From: Rhodobacteraceae bacterium UBA3069
GTDB lineage: Bacteria > Pseudomonadota > Alphaproteobacteria > Rhodobacterales > Rhodobacteraceae
DNA length: 64,000 nucleotides
Assembly: GCA_002366795.1 (NCBI GenBank)
Contig: DFBX01000123.1
Span: 83,348-147,347 of the forward strand
Direction: 5' to 3'
Position numbers and translations under genes: made by a program. The notes below the pieces were generated by a model, which saw only the letters and a program-made list of their open reading frames with translations, made no database searches and had not been told where the DNA came from. Shown piece by piece: positions 9,100 to 19,325 of this stretch. The stretch's first letter is position 1. Each line of letters begins with the position of its first letter.

Positions 9100-9993
9100 A
9101 TGACATTGGCAAAAACAGCCGACAGCGTTCAGGTGCTGCGCGCGGCGCTGTGGATGACGGGTTCGATCGCTTCTTTTTCCGCAATGGCCGTGGCCGGGCG
9201 CCAGGTTTCCGTCGAACTGGATACGTTCGAGGTGATGATGTATCGCTCTTTCGTGGGGGTGCTGGTCGTTCTGGCGGTCGGGCTTTATGCTGGCACGCTG
9301 GGCCAGGTCACACGCAGCAACTTCGGCCTTCAAATCACTAGAAACATTGCGCATTTCGCCGGACAAAACCTGTGGTTCTATGCCGTGACGGTTATTCCGC
9401 TGGCACAGGTCTTCGCCTTGGAATTCACTTCACCGCTGTGGGTGCTGGTGCTGTCGCCGCTTTTGCTGGGCGAACGGCTGACACCGACCCGCGCCATTGC
9501 CGCGATGATGGGATTTGTCGGCATACTGATCGTCGCGCGCCCCGGCAGCACCGAAATCTCTCCCGGCGTGATCGCCGCCGCATCCTGCGCGATCTGTTTC
9601 GCGGTGACGATCATGCTGACCAAACGGCTGACGCGGACCGCGACGATCACCTGCATCCTGGTCTATCTCACCGTGACCCAAGCGGTCTTCGGCATGGTCT
9701 GCGCCGGTTTCGATGGCGATGTCGCCCTGCCTTCGGCCACGATCCTGCCTTGGGTGATCCTGATCGGGCTGGCGGGGCTGCTGGCACATTACTGCCTGAC
9801 CAATGCGCTGGCCATCGCGCCGGCCACCGTGGTCGTGCCAATCGATTTCAGCCGCCTGCCGGTGATTTCCATCGTTGCCTACCTGATCTATGGCGAATCC
9901 GTGCATTATACCGTGTTCATCGGTGCGGCGATCATCTTTGTCGGCAATTATTTCAACATCTTGACGGAAACCCGTCGCGTCCAACCCGCATGA
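9100..9993 (+). CDS. DMT-superfamily (EamA) transporter
   Basis: 297 aa, about 10 TM segments. GGAGGAGG upstream. Confidence 0.85.
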   Translation: MTLAKTADSVQVLRAALWMTGSIASFSAMAVAGRQVSVELDTFEVMMYRSFVGVLVVLAVGLYAGTLGQVTRSNFGLQITRNIAHFAGQNLWFYAVTVIPLAQVFALEFTSPLWVLVLSPLLLGERLTPTRAIAAMMGFVGILIVARPGSTEISPGVIAAASCAICFAVTIMLTKRLTRTATITCILVYLTVTQAVFGMVCAGFDGDVALPSATILPWVILIGLAGLLAHYCLTNALAIAPATVVVPIDFSRLPVISIVAYLIYGESVHYTVFIGAAIIFVGNYFNILTETRRVQPA

Positions 9994-10034
9994 AACGGAT
10001 TGGTCGCACCCACCGGTTTGCCTAGGGTTCCCGC

Positions 10035-10940
10035 ATGCGCATAGAGCAAAAATCCATGTCGCCGCGCGCCTGGGCCGAACTGGGCCTGCTGGCCCTGATC
10101 TGGGGCGGATCGTTCCTGTCCAACGCCTTTGCCCTGCGCGAGGTTGGCCCCGTTACCATCGTTGCCTTCCGCATCGCGGGTGCGGCGCTGGTTCTGTGGG
10201 CCTATGTGCTGTGGCGCGGCTTTGCCGTGCCGCGCGGCCCGCGCATCTGGCTGGATTTCGCCATCATGGGCCTGTTCAACAATGTCCTGCCCTTTACCTT
10301 CATCACTTGGGGGCAACAGCATGTGCCATCGGGGCTGGCAGCAATCCTGAACGGGTCCACCGCGATTTTCGGAGTTCTGTTCGCCGCTATCATCTTTGCC
10401 GATGAAAAACTGACCGGACGCAAGGCGACGGGCGTAGCGCTTGGTTTTGCAGGTATGGCCGCCGTCATCGGCCCCGAGGCATTGGGCGGGCTGGACCTGA
10501 CCTCGCTTGGCCAGTTGGCGCTGGTCTGCGCCGCCGTTTGCTATGGCGTCAGCGGCACATGGGCGCGCGCTCGGCTGTCCGGCTTGACCCCGCAAGTCGC
10601 CGCGATGGGGATGCTGACCTGTTCGTCGGTCATGATCGTCCCCTTTGCCCTGTGGACCGAAGGTATGCCCGGCACCGGTGCGCTGGCCGCCGCGCCAAGC
10701 CTTTTCTACCTGGCCGTGTTCGCCACTGCCGCCGCCTATCTGCTGTATTACCGCGTGCTGACCATAGCGGGCACGGGCAACCTGTTGCTGGTCACATTGC
10801 TGGTCGCGCCCATCGCGGTGCTTTTGGGCGCGCTGGTGCTGGGCGAGGCTCTTGGATGGCGCGCGGGCATGGGTTTTGCCCTGCTTGCGGCGGGACTGGC
10901 AGTGATCGACGGGCGGCTCTTGCGGCTTCTAAGGGTTTGA
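10035..10940 (+). CDS. DMT-superfamily (EamA) transporter
   Basis: 301 aa, multi-TM, tandem with the preceding EamA gene. Confidence 0.85.
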   Translation: MRIEQKSMSPRAWAELGLLALIWGGSFLSNAFALREVGPVTIVAFRIAGAALVLWAYVLWRGFAVPRGPRIWLDFAIMGLFNNVLPFTFITWGQQHVPSGLAAILNGSTAIFGVLFAAIIFADEKLTGRKATGVALGFAGMAAVIGPEALGGLDLTSLGQLALVCAAVCYGVSGTWARARLSGLTPQVAAMGMLTCSSVMIVPFALWTEGMPGTGALAAAPSLFYLAVFATAAAYLLYYRVLTIAGTGNLLLVTLLVAPIAVLLGALVLGEALGWRAGMGFALLAAGLAVIDGRLLRLLRV

Positions 10941-10996
10941 CCGTTCTGCCTTGCGGCGATACTCAATCGCCTGAAGACCACGCAAGGAACCACCCG

Positions 10997-11860
10997 ATGA
11001 TCTACATAAGCGCCAAGCATTGGCTGGAGGCACCGCGCAAACGCGTGATCCTGATCGGCATGTCGGGATTGGGCAAAACCCATGTGTCGCAAATGCTGCG
11101 CGGCACCGGCGACTGGTTCCACTACTCGATCGATTACCGGATTGGCACGCGCTACATGGGCGAACATATCGCCGACAACGCCAAGGCCGAGGCGATGAAA
11201 GTGCCCTTTCTGCGTGACCTGTTGATGAGCGATTCCATCTATATCGGGTCCAACATCACCTTTGAAAACCTGGCGGTCGTGTCGTCTTACCTGGGCAAGC
11301 CGGGCGATCCGGCAAAGGGCGGGCTGCCCTATGCCGAATATACACGCCGGCAGGAACAGTTCCGCCAGGCCGAAATCAACGCCCTGTTGGACACCGGCCA
11401 TTTCATCGACCGCGCCCAGCGTCTTTATGGCTATCCGCATTTCGTCTGCGATACGGGCGGGTCGATCTGCGAATGGGTGGACCCGAAAGACCCGAACGAT
11501 CCGGTTTTGCGCCACCTGGCCGACCAAGCCCTGATGGTCTGGATCAAGGGGGACGCGGCGCATACCGCAGAACTGATCCGCCGCTTCGACCGCGCGCCCA
11601 AGCCGATGTCGTACATGCCCGAATTCCTTGACCGCGTCTGGCACGAATACCTACGCGAAAACAACGTCAAGGAAGGCGATGTTGATCCTGACGCCTTTAT
11701 CCGCTGGACCTATGCGCAGGCGCTGGCCCACCGCCAGCCCCGCTATGCCGCCATGGCCGAAAACTGGGGCATCACGGTCAGCGCCGATGACGTGGCGCAG
11801 GTCAAGACCGCCCATGATTTCGACGTGATGATTGCCCGCGCCCTCGACGCCAAGGGTTGA
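10997..11860 (+). CDS. Uncharacterised P-loop NTPase/kinase-like protein
   Basis: ATG 10997. Walker A VILIGMSGLGKTH near the N-terminus. The upstream part of track ORF 10538.. overlaps the EamA gene and looks non-coding. Confidence 0.7.
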   Translation: MIYISAKHWLEAPRKRVILIGMSGLGKTHVSQMLRGTGDWFHYSIDYRIGTRYMGEHIADNAKAEAMKVPFLRDLLMSDSIYIGSNITFENLAVVSSYLGKPGDPAKGGLPYAEYTRRQEQFRQAEINALLDTGHFIDRAQRLYGYPHFVCDTGGSICEWVDPKDPNDPVLRHLADQALMVWIKGDAAHTAELIRRFDRAPKPMSYMPEFLDRVWHEYLRENNVKEGDVDPDAFIRWTYAQALAHRQPRYAAMAENWGITVSADDVAQVKTAHDFDVMIARALDAKG

Positions 11861-11911
11861 GCGCATCAGCCCCCCGCCCTATTTAACCCGTTCCAAACCG
11901 GAGTATCCCCG

Positions 11912-12844
11912 ATGCCGATCAAACTTCCCGCTGACCTTCCTGCCTTCGACGTGCTGACGCGCGAGGGTGTGATGGTCATGTCGGAGGATCAGGCCTCGCG
12001 GCAGGATATCCGGCCACTGCGCATCGGGCTGCTGAACCTGATGCCCAAAAAGATCCAGACGGAAAACCAGTTCGCGCGGCTGATCGGGGCGACGCCCCTT
12101 CAGATCGAACTGTCGCTGATCCGGATGAGCGAGCATCAGGCCCGCAACACCGCCGCCGAACATATGGAAAGTTTCTATCGCCCCTTCGAAGAGGTCGCCG
12201 CCAGCGGCGAGAAATTCGATGGCCTGCTGATCACCGGCGCGCCCATCGAGCATCTGCCCTTCGAAGAAGTGACCTATTGGGACGAACTGACCCGGGTTTT
12301 CGATTGGACCCAGACCCATGTGCATTCCACCTTTGGCGTGTGCTGGGGTGGTATGGCGATGATCCACTACTTCCACGGGGTGAAAAAGCACCTGTTGGAA
12401 ACCAAGCAATTTGGCTGCTACCGGCACATGAACCTTACCCCGCAAAGTCCCTACCTGAGAGGGTTTTCTGATGATCTGGTGATGCCCGTCAGCCGCTGGA
12501 CCGAAATGCGCAAGGACGAGATTGAGGCCGCAAACCTGCCAATCCTTCTGCACTCGAACGAGGTCGGCCCCGCATTGGTAGAAGACCCAGCGCATCGCGC
12601 GCTCTATATCTTCAACCATCTGGAATATGACAGCGGCACCCTGGCCGAAGAATATCAGCGCGACCTTGAAACAAACCAGATCGAGGGGGCGGAGATTCAG
12701 CTTCCAGTCAATTATTATCCCGGCAACGATCCTGAAACCACGCCGCCGAACCGTTGGCGCAGCCATGCGCATCTGCTGTATGGTAACTGGATCAACGCGA
12801 TCTACCAGACCACGCCGTTCGATCTGGCCGCGATCGGAGAATAG
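11912..12844 (+). CDS. metA: Homoserine O-acyltransferase, MetA type
   Basis: [20 protein letters not shown]...[18 protein letters not shown]...CWGG. Confidence 0.93.
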   Translation: MPIKLPADLPAFDVLTREGVMVMSEDQASRQDIRPLRIGLLNLMPKKIQTENQFARLIGATPLQIELSLIRMSEHQARNTAAEHMESFYRPFEEVAASGEKFDGLLITGAPIEHLPFEEVTYWDELTRVFDWTQTHVHSTFGVCWGGMAMIHYFHGVKKHLLETKQFGCYRHMNLTPQSPYLRGFSDDLVMPVSRWTEMRKDEIEAANLPILLHSNEVGPALVEDPAHRALYIFNHLEYDSGTLAEEYQRDLETNQIEGAEIQLPVNYYPGNDPETTPPNRWRSHAHLLYGNWINAIYQTTPFDLAAIGE

Positions 12845-12848
12845 GTCG

Positions 12849-13820
12849 ATGCTGGGCGCTGCTATGATGATGGCGATCCTTGGCGGCGGCGCTTTCGCGC
12901 TGGACCGTAAGGCCGACCTGCGCGAGGCCCGGGCCGAGGCAGAATACCCGCCCCTTGGCCAGTTCATCGAGGTAAAGGGCCGCTCCATCCATGCTTTCGT
13001 GCGCGGCGCGGGGCCTGACCTGGTTCTGATCCACGGCGCGGGCGGCAACCTGCGGGACTGGACCATGGGAATGCTGCCCGATCTGGCCAAGCATTTCCGC
13101 GTCATCGCCTTTGACCGCCCCGGCCTGGGATGGAGCGACCGCGCCCCCGGATATGGTGGCGGGGCCTTTGCCACAAGGGGCGAAACCCCACGCGAACAAG
13201 CCCGCACCCTGCAAGCCGCTGCCGCGCAGTTAAACGTGAAAAATCCGGTGGTTATGGGGCACAGTTTTGGTGGCTCCGTGGCGCTGGCATGGGGGTTGGA
13301 ACAGCCTGACAGCACCGCTGCGCTGGTGATCCTGTCCGGCGCGTCAAACCCGTGGGAAGGGCCGCTGGCCGCCACCTATACCCTGTTCGGATCGGCCTTG
13401 GGCGGTGCCTTCGTCGTTCCCTTCGTGACGACCTTTGCAAGCGATGAACAGGTGGTCGACACCCTGCACGGCATCTTTGAACCGCAGCCCCAGCCCCGCG
13501 CCTATGCCCGCCAGTTGGGCGCGGCCCTGACCCTGCGCCGCCCCGTGCTGCGCACAAACGCGCGGCAGGTGCGCGGATTGAAAGCGGCCCTGAAATCCAT
13601 GGTGCCGGACTATCCCGGCCTGCAAATGCCGGTCGAGATTGTCCACGGCACAGCCGACACCGTTGTTCCCTTCGAAGTCCACGCGGCAAAACTGATCGAC
13701 CAGATCCCGAATGCCACCCTGACCCCGCTGGATGGGCACGGCCACATGCCACATCACACCGACCCGGACGCAGTGGAACAGGCCGTGTTACGCGCCGCGC
13801 GCCGCGCCGGATTGCACTAG
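12849..13820 (+). CDS. Alpha/beta-fold hydrolase
   Basis: ATG 12849, a few nt after the metA stop. HGAGGN oxyanion region and GHSFGG nucleophile elbow. Confidence 0.85.
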   Translation: MLGAAMMMAILGGGAFALDRKADLREARAEAEYPPLGQFIEVKGRSIHAFVRGAGPDLVLIHGAGGNLRDWTMGMLPDLAKHFRVIAFDRPGLGWSDRAPGYGGGAFATRGETPREQARTLQAAAAQLNVKNPVVMGHSFGGSVALAWGLEQPDSTAALVILSGASNPWEGPLAATYTLFGSALGGAFVVPFVTTFASDEQVVDTLHGIFEPQPQPRAYARQLGAALTLRRPVLRTNARQVRGLKAALKSMVPDYPGLQMPVEIVHGTADTVVPFEVHAAKLIDQIPNATLTPLDGHGHMPHHTDPDAVEQAVLRAARRAGLH

Positions 13821-13865
13821 CCCCACCGCCCCGCCATACTGCCCACGACCCACAGGGAGAAGCCC

Positions 13866-14735
13866 ATGGACCTGCCATTCGACGGCGCCATCACCAAGTT
13901 TTTCGAGGAGGAGGCCCCCAACCCGATCCGCGATGCGATCGGCTGCGCCGAAAAGGGCGACATCCTGAACCCAGACTACCCCCATGACGAGCGCATGAAG
14001 CGCAAGGCCTACGACAAGGACATCGAGGCGCTGCAAATCGAACTGGTCAAGATGCAAGCCTGGGCGAAGGAAACCGGCGCACGGGTGGCCATCGTGTTCG
14101 AAGGCCGCGATGCTGCGGGAAAAGGCGGCACAATCAAGAGGTTCCGGGAAAACCTTAATCCACGTGGCGCACGGGTGGTTGCCTTGTCGAAACCGACAGA
14201 AACCGAGGCAAGCCAGTGGTATTTCCAACGCTATATCGACCATCTGCCCGCGGGCGGTGAAATCGTGTTTTACGACCGGTCCTGGTATAACCGCGGCGTG
14301 GTCGAGCATGTGTTCGGCTTTTGCACGGGAGATCAACGCGCGCATTTCTTTACGCAGGTGCCCCAGTTCGAACAGATGCTGGTGGACGAGGGCATCCACC
14401 TGTTCAAGTTCTGGCTGAACGTGGGCCGTGCCGAGCAGTTGAATCGCTTTCTGGACCGCGAGAATGACCCGCTGAAACAGTGGAAACTGTCATGGATCGA
14501 CGTGGAGGGTTTGAAGAAATGGGATGCTTATTCCGACGCCATCCAGGAAACGCTGGCGAAATCCCATAGCGATCTTGCACCTTGGACGGTGATCCGGTCG
14601 GATGACAAGAAACGTTCGCGTATCAATGCGATACGGCACGTTCTTCATGCGCTGGACTATGCTCGCAAGGACAAGAAATCCATCGGCAAATGCGACGATC
14701 AGATCATCGGGGGCCCCGATATCTGGGATGCGTAA
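13866..14735 (+). CDS. ppk2: Polyphosphate kinase 2
   Basis: [16 protein letters not shown] Walker [14 protein letters not shown]. Confidence 0.92.
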   Translation: MDLPFDGAITKFFEEEAPNPIRDAIGCAEKGDILNPDYPHDERMKRKAYDKDIEALQIELVKMQAWAKETGARVAIVFEGRDAAGKGGTIKRFRENLNPRGARVVALSKPTETEASQWYFQRYIDHLPAGGEIVFYDRSWYNRGVVEHVFGFCTGDQRAHFFTQVPQFEQMLVDEGIHLFKFWLNVGRAEQLNRFLDRENDPLKQWKLSWIDVEGLKKWDAYSDAIQETLAKSHSDLAPWTVIRSDDKKRSRINAIRHVLHALDYARKDKKSIGKCDDQIIGGPDIWDA

Positions 14736-15345
14736 GCGTGGCTACCATCACGGCAATCTTCGCCAGGCACTGGTCGAGGCGGCGCTGGACCTGATCGAGG
14801 CGAAAGGCCCGACCGGCTTCACCCTGTCCGAGGCGGCGAAACAGGCGGGCGTCACCCCCGCCGCCGTCTACCGCCATTTCGAGGGGCGCGAGGACCTGAT
14901 CGCCGAAGCCGCGCGGCAGGGATACGAGATTTTCGCCGACGTGATGCAATACGCCTATGACAAGGGCCAGCCCTCGGCCCTAGCGGCGTTCGAAGCAACG
15001 GGCCGCGCTTACCTGGCCTTTGCCCGCAAGTATCCAGGCCATTACATCGCCATGTTCGAAAGCGGCATTTCGGTCAATCGTACGCCGGAACTGGCCGCAG
15101 TGTCATCAAAGGCGCGCGGCGTGCTGGAACGGGCGGCGGCGGAACTCAGCCAACATATCCCGCCAGAAAAACGCCCGCCGGCAGCGATGTTCTCGGCGCA
15201 TATCTGGGCGCTTTCACATGGCGTGGTCGAACTGTTCGCGCGGAATTCACCTGGCACGCAAAGCCCCTTCCCGCCCGAAGATCTGTTGGAATCCGGCATA
15301 GGGATCTACCTGCGCGGGCTTGGCCTGATCGACCCCGACATGTAA
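14728..15345 (+). CDS. TetR/AcrR-family transcriptional regulator
   Basis: [51 protein letters not shown]. The start overlaps the ppk2 stop (ATGCGTAA). Confidence 0.88.
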   Translation: MRKRGYHHGNLRQALVEAALDLIEAKGPTGFTLSEAAKQAGVTPAAVYRHFEGREDLIAEAARQGYEIFADVMQYAYDKGQPSALAAFEATGRAYLAFARKYPGHYIAMFESGISVNRTPELAAVSSKARGVLERAAAELSQHIPPEKRPPAAMFSAHIWALSHGVVELFARNSPGTQSPFPPEDLLESGIGIYLRGLGLIDPDM

Positions 15346-15497
15346 CCTTTGAAAATCTATCCAAGTGCCAGTTTTCCACTGGACAGCAGCGCCACGCCGA
15401 CATATCTGATTGTTTATATCAGTTTCTTAGCAAGCCTTCGCCAGCAACGGGCCAAACGCCCACCTGACCGGAAATGAAACGCTAAGGGACAAAACAA

Positions 15498-16136
15498 ATG
15501 ACCCCCATCAAAACGATCATCGCGGCGGCCGCTGTCGCTGCCCTACCCCAGTTCGCCCATGCAGACATCGAATGGACCCTCGGCGGTGCCGTTGTCGGTG
15601 CCTTTGACACGTCAGACGGGCTGGACCATTCGGAAACCACCGGCGAGGTTTTCATCGAAGGCGTTTATAACGGCTTGCACGGTGGCATCTGGCTGGGCAC
15701 GATCTATCAAGACCCCAATGACGACGCCGAAATCGAAATCTCGCTGGGCTATGGCGGCGAGGCCGGCAAGATCGGTTATGACGTGACGCTGACCGGATAC
15801 TACCTGAACAACAGCAAGTTCGACCATGCGGGACTTGGGTTCGAACTATCCTACGCGCTGACCGACACCGTCACCGGCATCGCCTTTGCCGAGGTGGACC
15901 CGGATTCGGGCGATTGGGACCGCGAACTGGCGCTGGAATTCGCCGTCACCGACAAGATCACGGCCTGGGGTCTGTTGGGTAAATCCGATGCAGATGCGAA
16001 CCGCTATGGCGAGGTCGGCGCATCCTATGCGCTGAACGATTTCACCGCGCTGGAACTGCTTTACGAAGATGCGGACGACAGCAATGGGACCTTGTCGCTG
16101 ATCGTGGCGTTCGAAACCAGTATCTTTGGCGGCTAA
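15498..16136 (+). CDS. Putative outer-membrane beta-barrel protein (TIGR02001-like)
   Basis: Signal peptide ...ALPQFAHA. Alternating beta-strand pattern, GLHGGIWLGT and EISLGYGGE motifs. Confidence 0.6.
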   Translation: MTPIKTIIAAAAVAALPQFAHADIEWTLGGAVVGAFDTSDGLDHSETTGEVFIEGVYNGLHGGIWLGTIYQDPNDDAEIEISLGYGGEAGKIGYDVTLTGYYLNNSKFDHAGLGFELSYALTDTVTGIAFAEVDPDSGDWDRELALEFAVTDKITAWGLLGKSDADANRYGEVGASYALNDFTALELLYEDADDSNGTLSLIVAFETSIFGG

Positions 16137-16193
16137 CCCCGCCTTGCGGTGCCAACAGGCACCGCGCCCCGCCCTTTAATCATGCACAAAACG

Positions 16194-16221
16194 AAAAGGG
16201 CCGCTTCACAGCGGCCCTTTT
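16194..16221. terminator. Bidirectional intrinsic terminator
   Basis: AAAAGGGCCGC-ttcaca-GCGGCCCTTTT between convergent genes. Confidence 0.75.
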
Positions 16222-16244
16222 CATGTCCATCGTCCAAAAAGCGA

Positions 16245-16748
16245 TTAACGCTTGGAGAACTGGAAGCTCTTACGGGCTTTCGCCTTGCCGTATTTCTTAC
16301 GTTCCACAACGCGGCTGTCGCGGGTCAGGAAGCCGGCGGCTTTCAGTGCACCACGCAGGCTGGGATCGTACAGTTGCAGGGCCTTGGAAATGCCGTGCTT
16401 GACTGCACCGGCCTGACCGGAAAGACCGCCGCCTTTGACGGTTGCGTAAACGTCGAACTGACCGTCCACGTTGGCAACCTGAAACGGCTGGCGCAGGATC
16501 ATCTGCAGCACGGGGCGAGCGAAGTATTTGTTCAGCTCGCGACCGTTGACGGTGACCTTGCCGGAACCCGGCTTGATCCAAACGCGTGCGACAGCGTCTT
16601 TACGCTTGCCGGTGGCGTAGGAACGGCCCAGTTTGTCACGGACGGGTTCACGGGGGGTCAGCTCTTCTGCGACCGACCCTTGGACGCCACCGATATTCTC
16701 GGTCACGGCACCTTGCAGCTCTTCGAGCGAATTGATCTGATCAGCCAT
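16245..16748 (-). CDS. rpsI: 30S ribosomal protein S9
   Basis: C-terminus ...[19 protein letters not shown]. Confidence 0.97.
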   Translation of the reverse strand: MADQINSLEELQGAVTENIGGVQGSVAEELTPREPVRDKLGRSYATGKRKDAVARVWIKPGSGKVTVNGRELNKYFARPVLQMILRQPFQVANVDGQFDVYATVKGGGLSGQAGAVKHGISKALQLYDPSLRGALKAAGFLTRDSRVVERKKYGKAKARKSFQFSKR

Positions 16749-16750
16749 CG

Positions 16751-17212
16751 TTACACCCGCGTATTCTTGGAGTTCATGGATTTCACATCCAGCACTTCAG
16801 GCGCTTGCGCCTCGTGCGGATGTTCGGAACCGGCATAGACGCGCAGGTTGGTCATGACCTTGCGCGACAGGCGGTTGCCCGGCAGCATGCGCTTGACAGC
16901 GGCGGTCACGACGCGCTCGGGGTAGGCACCCTCGAGGATCTGTTCCGCGGTGCGGTACTTGATGCCGCCCGGGTGGCCGGTGTGCCAGTAGTATTTCTTG
17001 TCCGTGCGCTTCTTGCCGGTCATCTGCACCTTGTCGGCGTTGATGATGATCACGTTATCACCCATGTCCATGTGGGGGGTGAAGGACGGCTTGTGCTTGC
17101 CGCGCAGGCGCATGGCGACGATCGAGGCGAGACGGCCCAGCACCACGCCTTCGGCGTCGATGATGATCCATTTCTTCTCGATATCTGCCGGAGTAGCAGA
17201 GAAGGTTTTCAT
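16751..17212 (-). CDS. rplM: 50S ribosomal protein L13
   Basis: [30 protein letters not shown]..., ATG at 17212. Confidence 0.97.
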   Translation of the reverse strand: MKTFSATPADIEKKWIIIDAEGVVLGRLASIVAMRLRGKHKPSFTPHMDMGDNVIIINADKVQMTGKKRTDKKYYWHTGHPGGIKYRTAEQILEGAYPERVVTAAVKRMLPGNRLSRKVMTNLRVYAGSEHPHEAQAPEVLDVKSMNSKNTRV

Positions 17213-17396
17213 GGCGGGATTACCCTTGTTTAAGTGAAGACATCCGTGGCGGACCCCGGCTGCCGAATTCGATTGCGGGGTTATATACGGGCGGGAAGTC
17301 ACGTCAAGCGCCATTGATTGCTATTTATTGCTATTAATCAATAGCTTACGAAATAGGTATCAATTTACCCCATTCAAGAACCGCCACGAGGCCAGT

Positions 17397-18830
17397 TCAG
17401 ACAGAGATGTTTTCCGGCGGACTGTCCAGAAGCCGGCGCAGGGTGGCCATTGCCTCTTCGAAGCGGCCGGGGGCGATCTGCCCGTTGATGGCGATCCGCA
17501 CCGCATGAATGGCGCGCCCGTCACGCGGGGAAAACTCGTCCGCCGATTTCAGAACCACGCCCGCGCTTTCTGCTTCGCGGCAGAAACTATGCACCCGCCA
17601 GCCGCGGGGCAATTCGACCCACAGGAACGGCACATCGGGCAGCCAGTTCACAGAATGCCCTCCCAGATGGTTCAGCGCAATGCGCAGGTCGTCGTTGATG
17701 CGCGCGCGGATCGCCTCGGCAATGGCGGGCAAGGCGGGGTCGTTCACGACGCTGGCAAACAGGTCCGTCACCATCCGCGCCACGCCAAAGGAATTGTGCA
17801 GCGCCGCCCGGGCAAGGCTGTGGCCCCACCCTTCGGGCGCAAGGGCAAAGCCGATACGCAAAGCCGGCGTGATGGATTTCGAAGGCGAGGTCACATACCA
17901 ACCCAGGTCGGGCAACAAGGCGCGGTAACTTTCGCCGCGATGCGGGCCGGTGCGATAGCAATCGTCGTCCAGCACATGAATGCCATTGCGTCGGGCCACC
18001 TCGGCGATCTCCAGCCGCCGTTGCGGGCTGGTGGACATGGCGGTGGGGTTGCACACCTCGGCCGAGGTGCAGAAAACCTGCGCCTTGTGCTGCAAAGCCA
18101 GACGTTCCAGCGCCTTGGGGTCTGGCCCGTGTTCATCCCACGGCACCGAAACCGTCCGCGCCCGCAACAGCTCTGCCGCGCGGCGATACCCCGAGTAGGT
18201 CAGCTCGTCGGTCAGGATCACCGGCTCGCCCCCTTCCAGCAGGCATTGCAGGACCATCACGATGGCCGACTGACCGCCATGGGCCACGACCACGTCTTCC
18301 TCGGAAAAGGGGCCAATCGGGGCGCTGCCCATCCAATGGCGGAACGCCTCGCGCGCCGAGGCATCGGTCAGACGTGACGGGTAGCGCAGCAAATGTTCGA
18401 CAGGGGCGGTCTGGGCCACGGCCACAAGCCCCGCCCGCAGCAGCCCCCCCTGGCCCAGATCTGGCAATTTCGGGCTTCGCAGATCGGCAACCGCGGGCCA
18501 ATCGGGCGTGGACAGTGCGACATCCGGCAGAATCGGTCGGGCAACGGGCAAGGTGGCCGGACCTTCTGCCACAAAGGTTCCACGCCCGACGCCGGCGGTC
18601 AGCAACCCTTCCTCCGTCAGGATGGTATAGGCCCGCGCCACAGTGTTCGGGGTCACGCCAACGCGCCACGCCAGTTCGCGCACCGCAGGCAGTTTATCGC
18701 CGGATTTCAGCAGCTTGCCCGCGATGGCCGCGCGCAATCCCCGTGCCAGCCCCTGATACTTGGCCCGCCCCGCCGCCGCGATGGCGGGAGCAAGGGTTTC
18801 GACCAGGTCACCCTGCAACATTGTATCCAT
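17397..18830 (-). CDS. MocR/GntR-family PLP-dependent aminotransferase-like transcriptional regulator
   Basis: N-terminal wHTH (LPAVRELAWRVGVTPNTVARAY) fused to an aminotransferase-fold domain. Confidence 0.9.
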   Translation of the reverse strand: MDTMLQGDLVETLAPAIAAAGRAKYQGLARGLRAAIAGKLLKSGDKLPAVRELAWRVGVTPNTVARAYTILTEEGLLTAGVGRGTFVAEGPATLPVARPILPDVALSTPDWPAVADLRSPKLPDLGQGGLLRAGLVAVAQTAPVEHLLRYPSRLTDASAREAFRHWMGSAPIGPFSEEDVVVAHGGQSAIVMVLQCLLEGGEPVILTDELTYSGYRRAAELLRARTVSVPWDEHGPDPKALERLALQHKAQVFCTSAEVCNPTAMSTSPQRRLEIAEVARRNGIHVLDDDCYRTGPHRGESYRALLPDLGWYVTSPSKSITPALRIGFALAPEGWGHSLARAALHNSFGVARMVTDLFASVVNDPALPAIAEAIRARINDDLRIALNHLGGHSVNWLPDVPFLWVELPRGWRVHSFCREAESAGVVLKSADEFSPRDGRAIHAVRIAINGQIAPGRFEEAMATLRRLLDSPPENISV

Positions 18831-18925
18831 TACAATCTTTCCATAGACGCGCTACATTTTGCTTTGTATCAATATAAATGTAGTACATACCAAATTGTGT
18901 CAATACTTTCATAAGGATTTTGATC

Positions 18926-19159
18926 ATGTCACCGCAGCACGCCCTGCACCCTGCCCTTGCCGATCTTTACAACAACAGCCTGCGCCTTCCGATCATGGCC
19001 CGCGTTGCACTGGCCGTGGCGGTGACCTTGACCAAATGGGACGCCCGATATCGCACGCGAAAGCAGCTGAAACGCCTTTCGCCGGAACAACTGTTCGATA
19101 TCGGCTTCACACGCGAGGCGGCTCACACAGAGGCCTCTCGTCCATTCTGGCGCGATTGA
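18926..19159 (+). CDS. DUF1127-domain small protein
   Basis: KQLKRLSPEQLFDIGFTREAA motif. ATG 18926 with AAGGA upstream (the track start 18920 is TTG). Confidence 0.8.
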   Translation: MSPQHALHPALADLYNNSLRLPIMARVALAVAVTLTKWDARYRTRKQLKRLSPEQLFDIGFTREAAHTEASRPFWRD

Positions 19160-19188
19160 CATCCCCGTCAGCGCCGGAATGCACTCAA

Positions 19189-19222
19189 GCCGGGACCACG
19201 CGTCCCGGCCTTTTTGTTTTTT
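19189..19222 (+). terminator. Intrinsic terminator
   Basis: GCCGGGAC-cacgc-GTCCCGGC followed by a T-rich run. Confidence 0.8.
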
Positions 19223-19325
19223 CTGGCGCGACGCTACAGTGCAACACTTCAGCACATGCCACCTCGGATTGTTTGCGCCCATTGGAATAACTGCCATAGC
19301 GAACAGAAATTTCAGAGGAACCAGT

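Noticed and set aside
11861-11911. Possible SAM-II (metA-type) riboswitch upstream of metA
   Set aside because: The spacer is only 51 nt and I cannot find a convincing pseudoknot-forming arrangement. This is not supported.
15406-15422. CTGAT-N7-ATCAG palindrome downstream of the TetR gene, considered as its operator
   Set aside because: The arms are only 5 bp in an A/T-rich stretch, so the match is easily due to chance.
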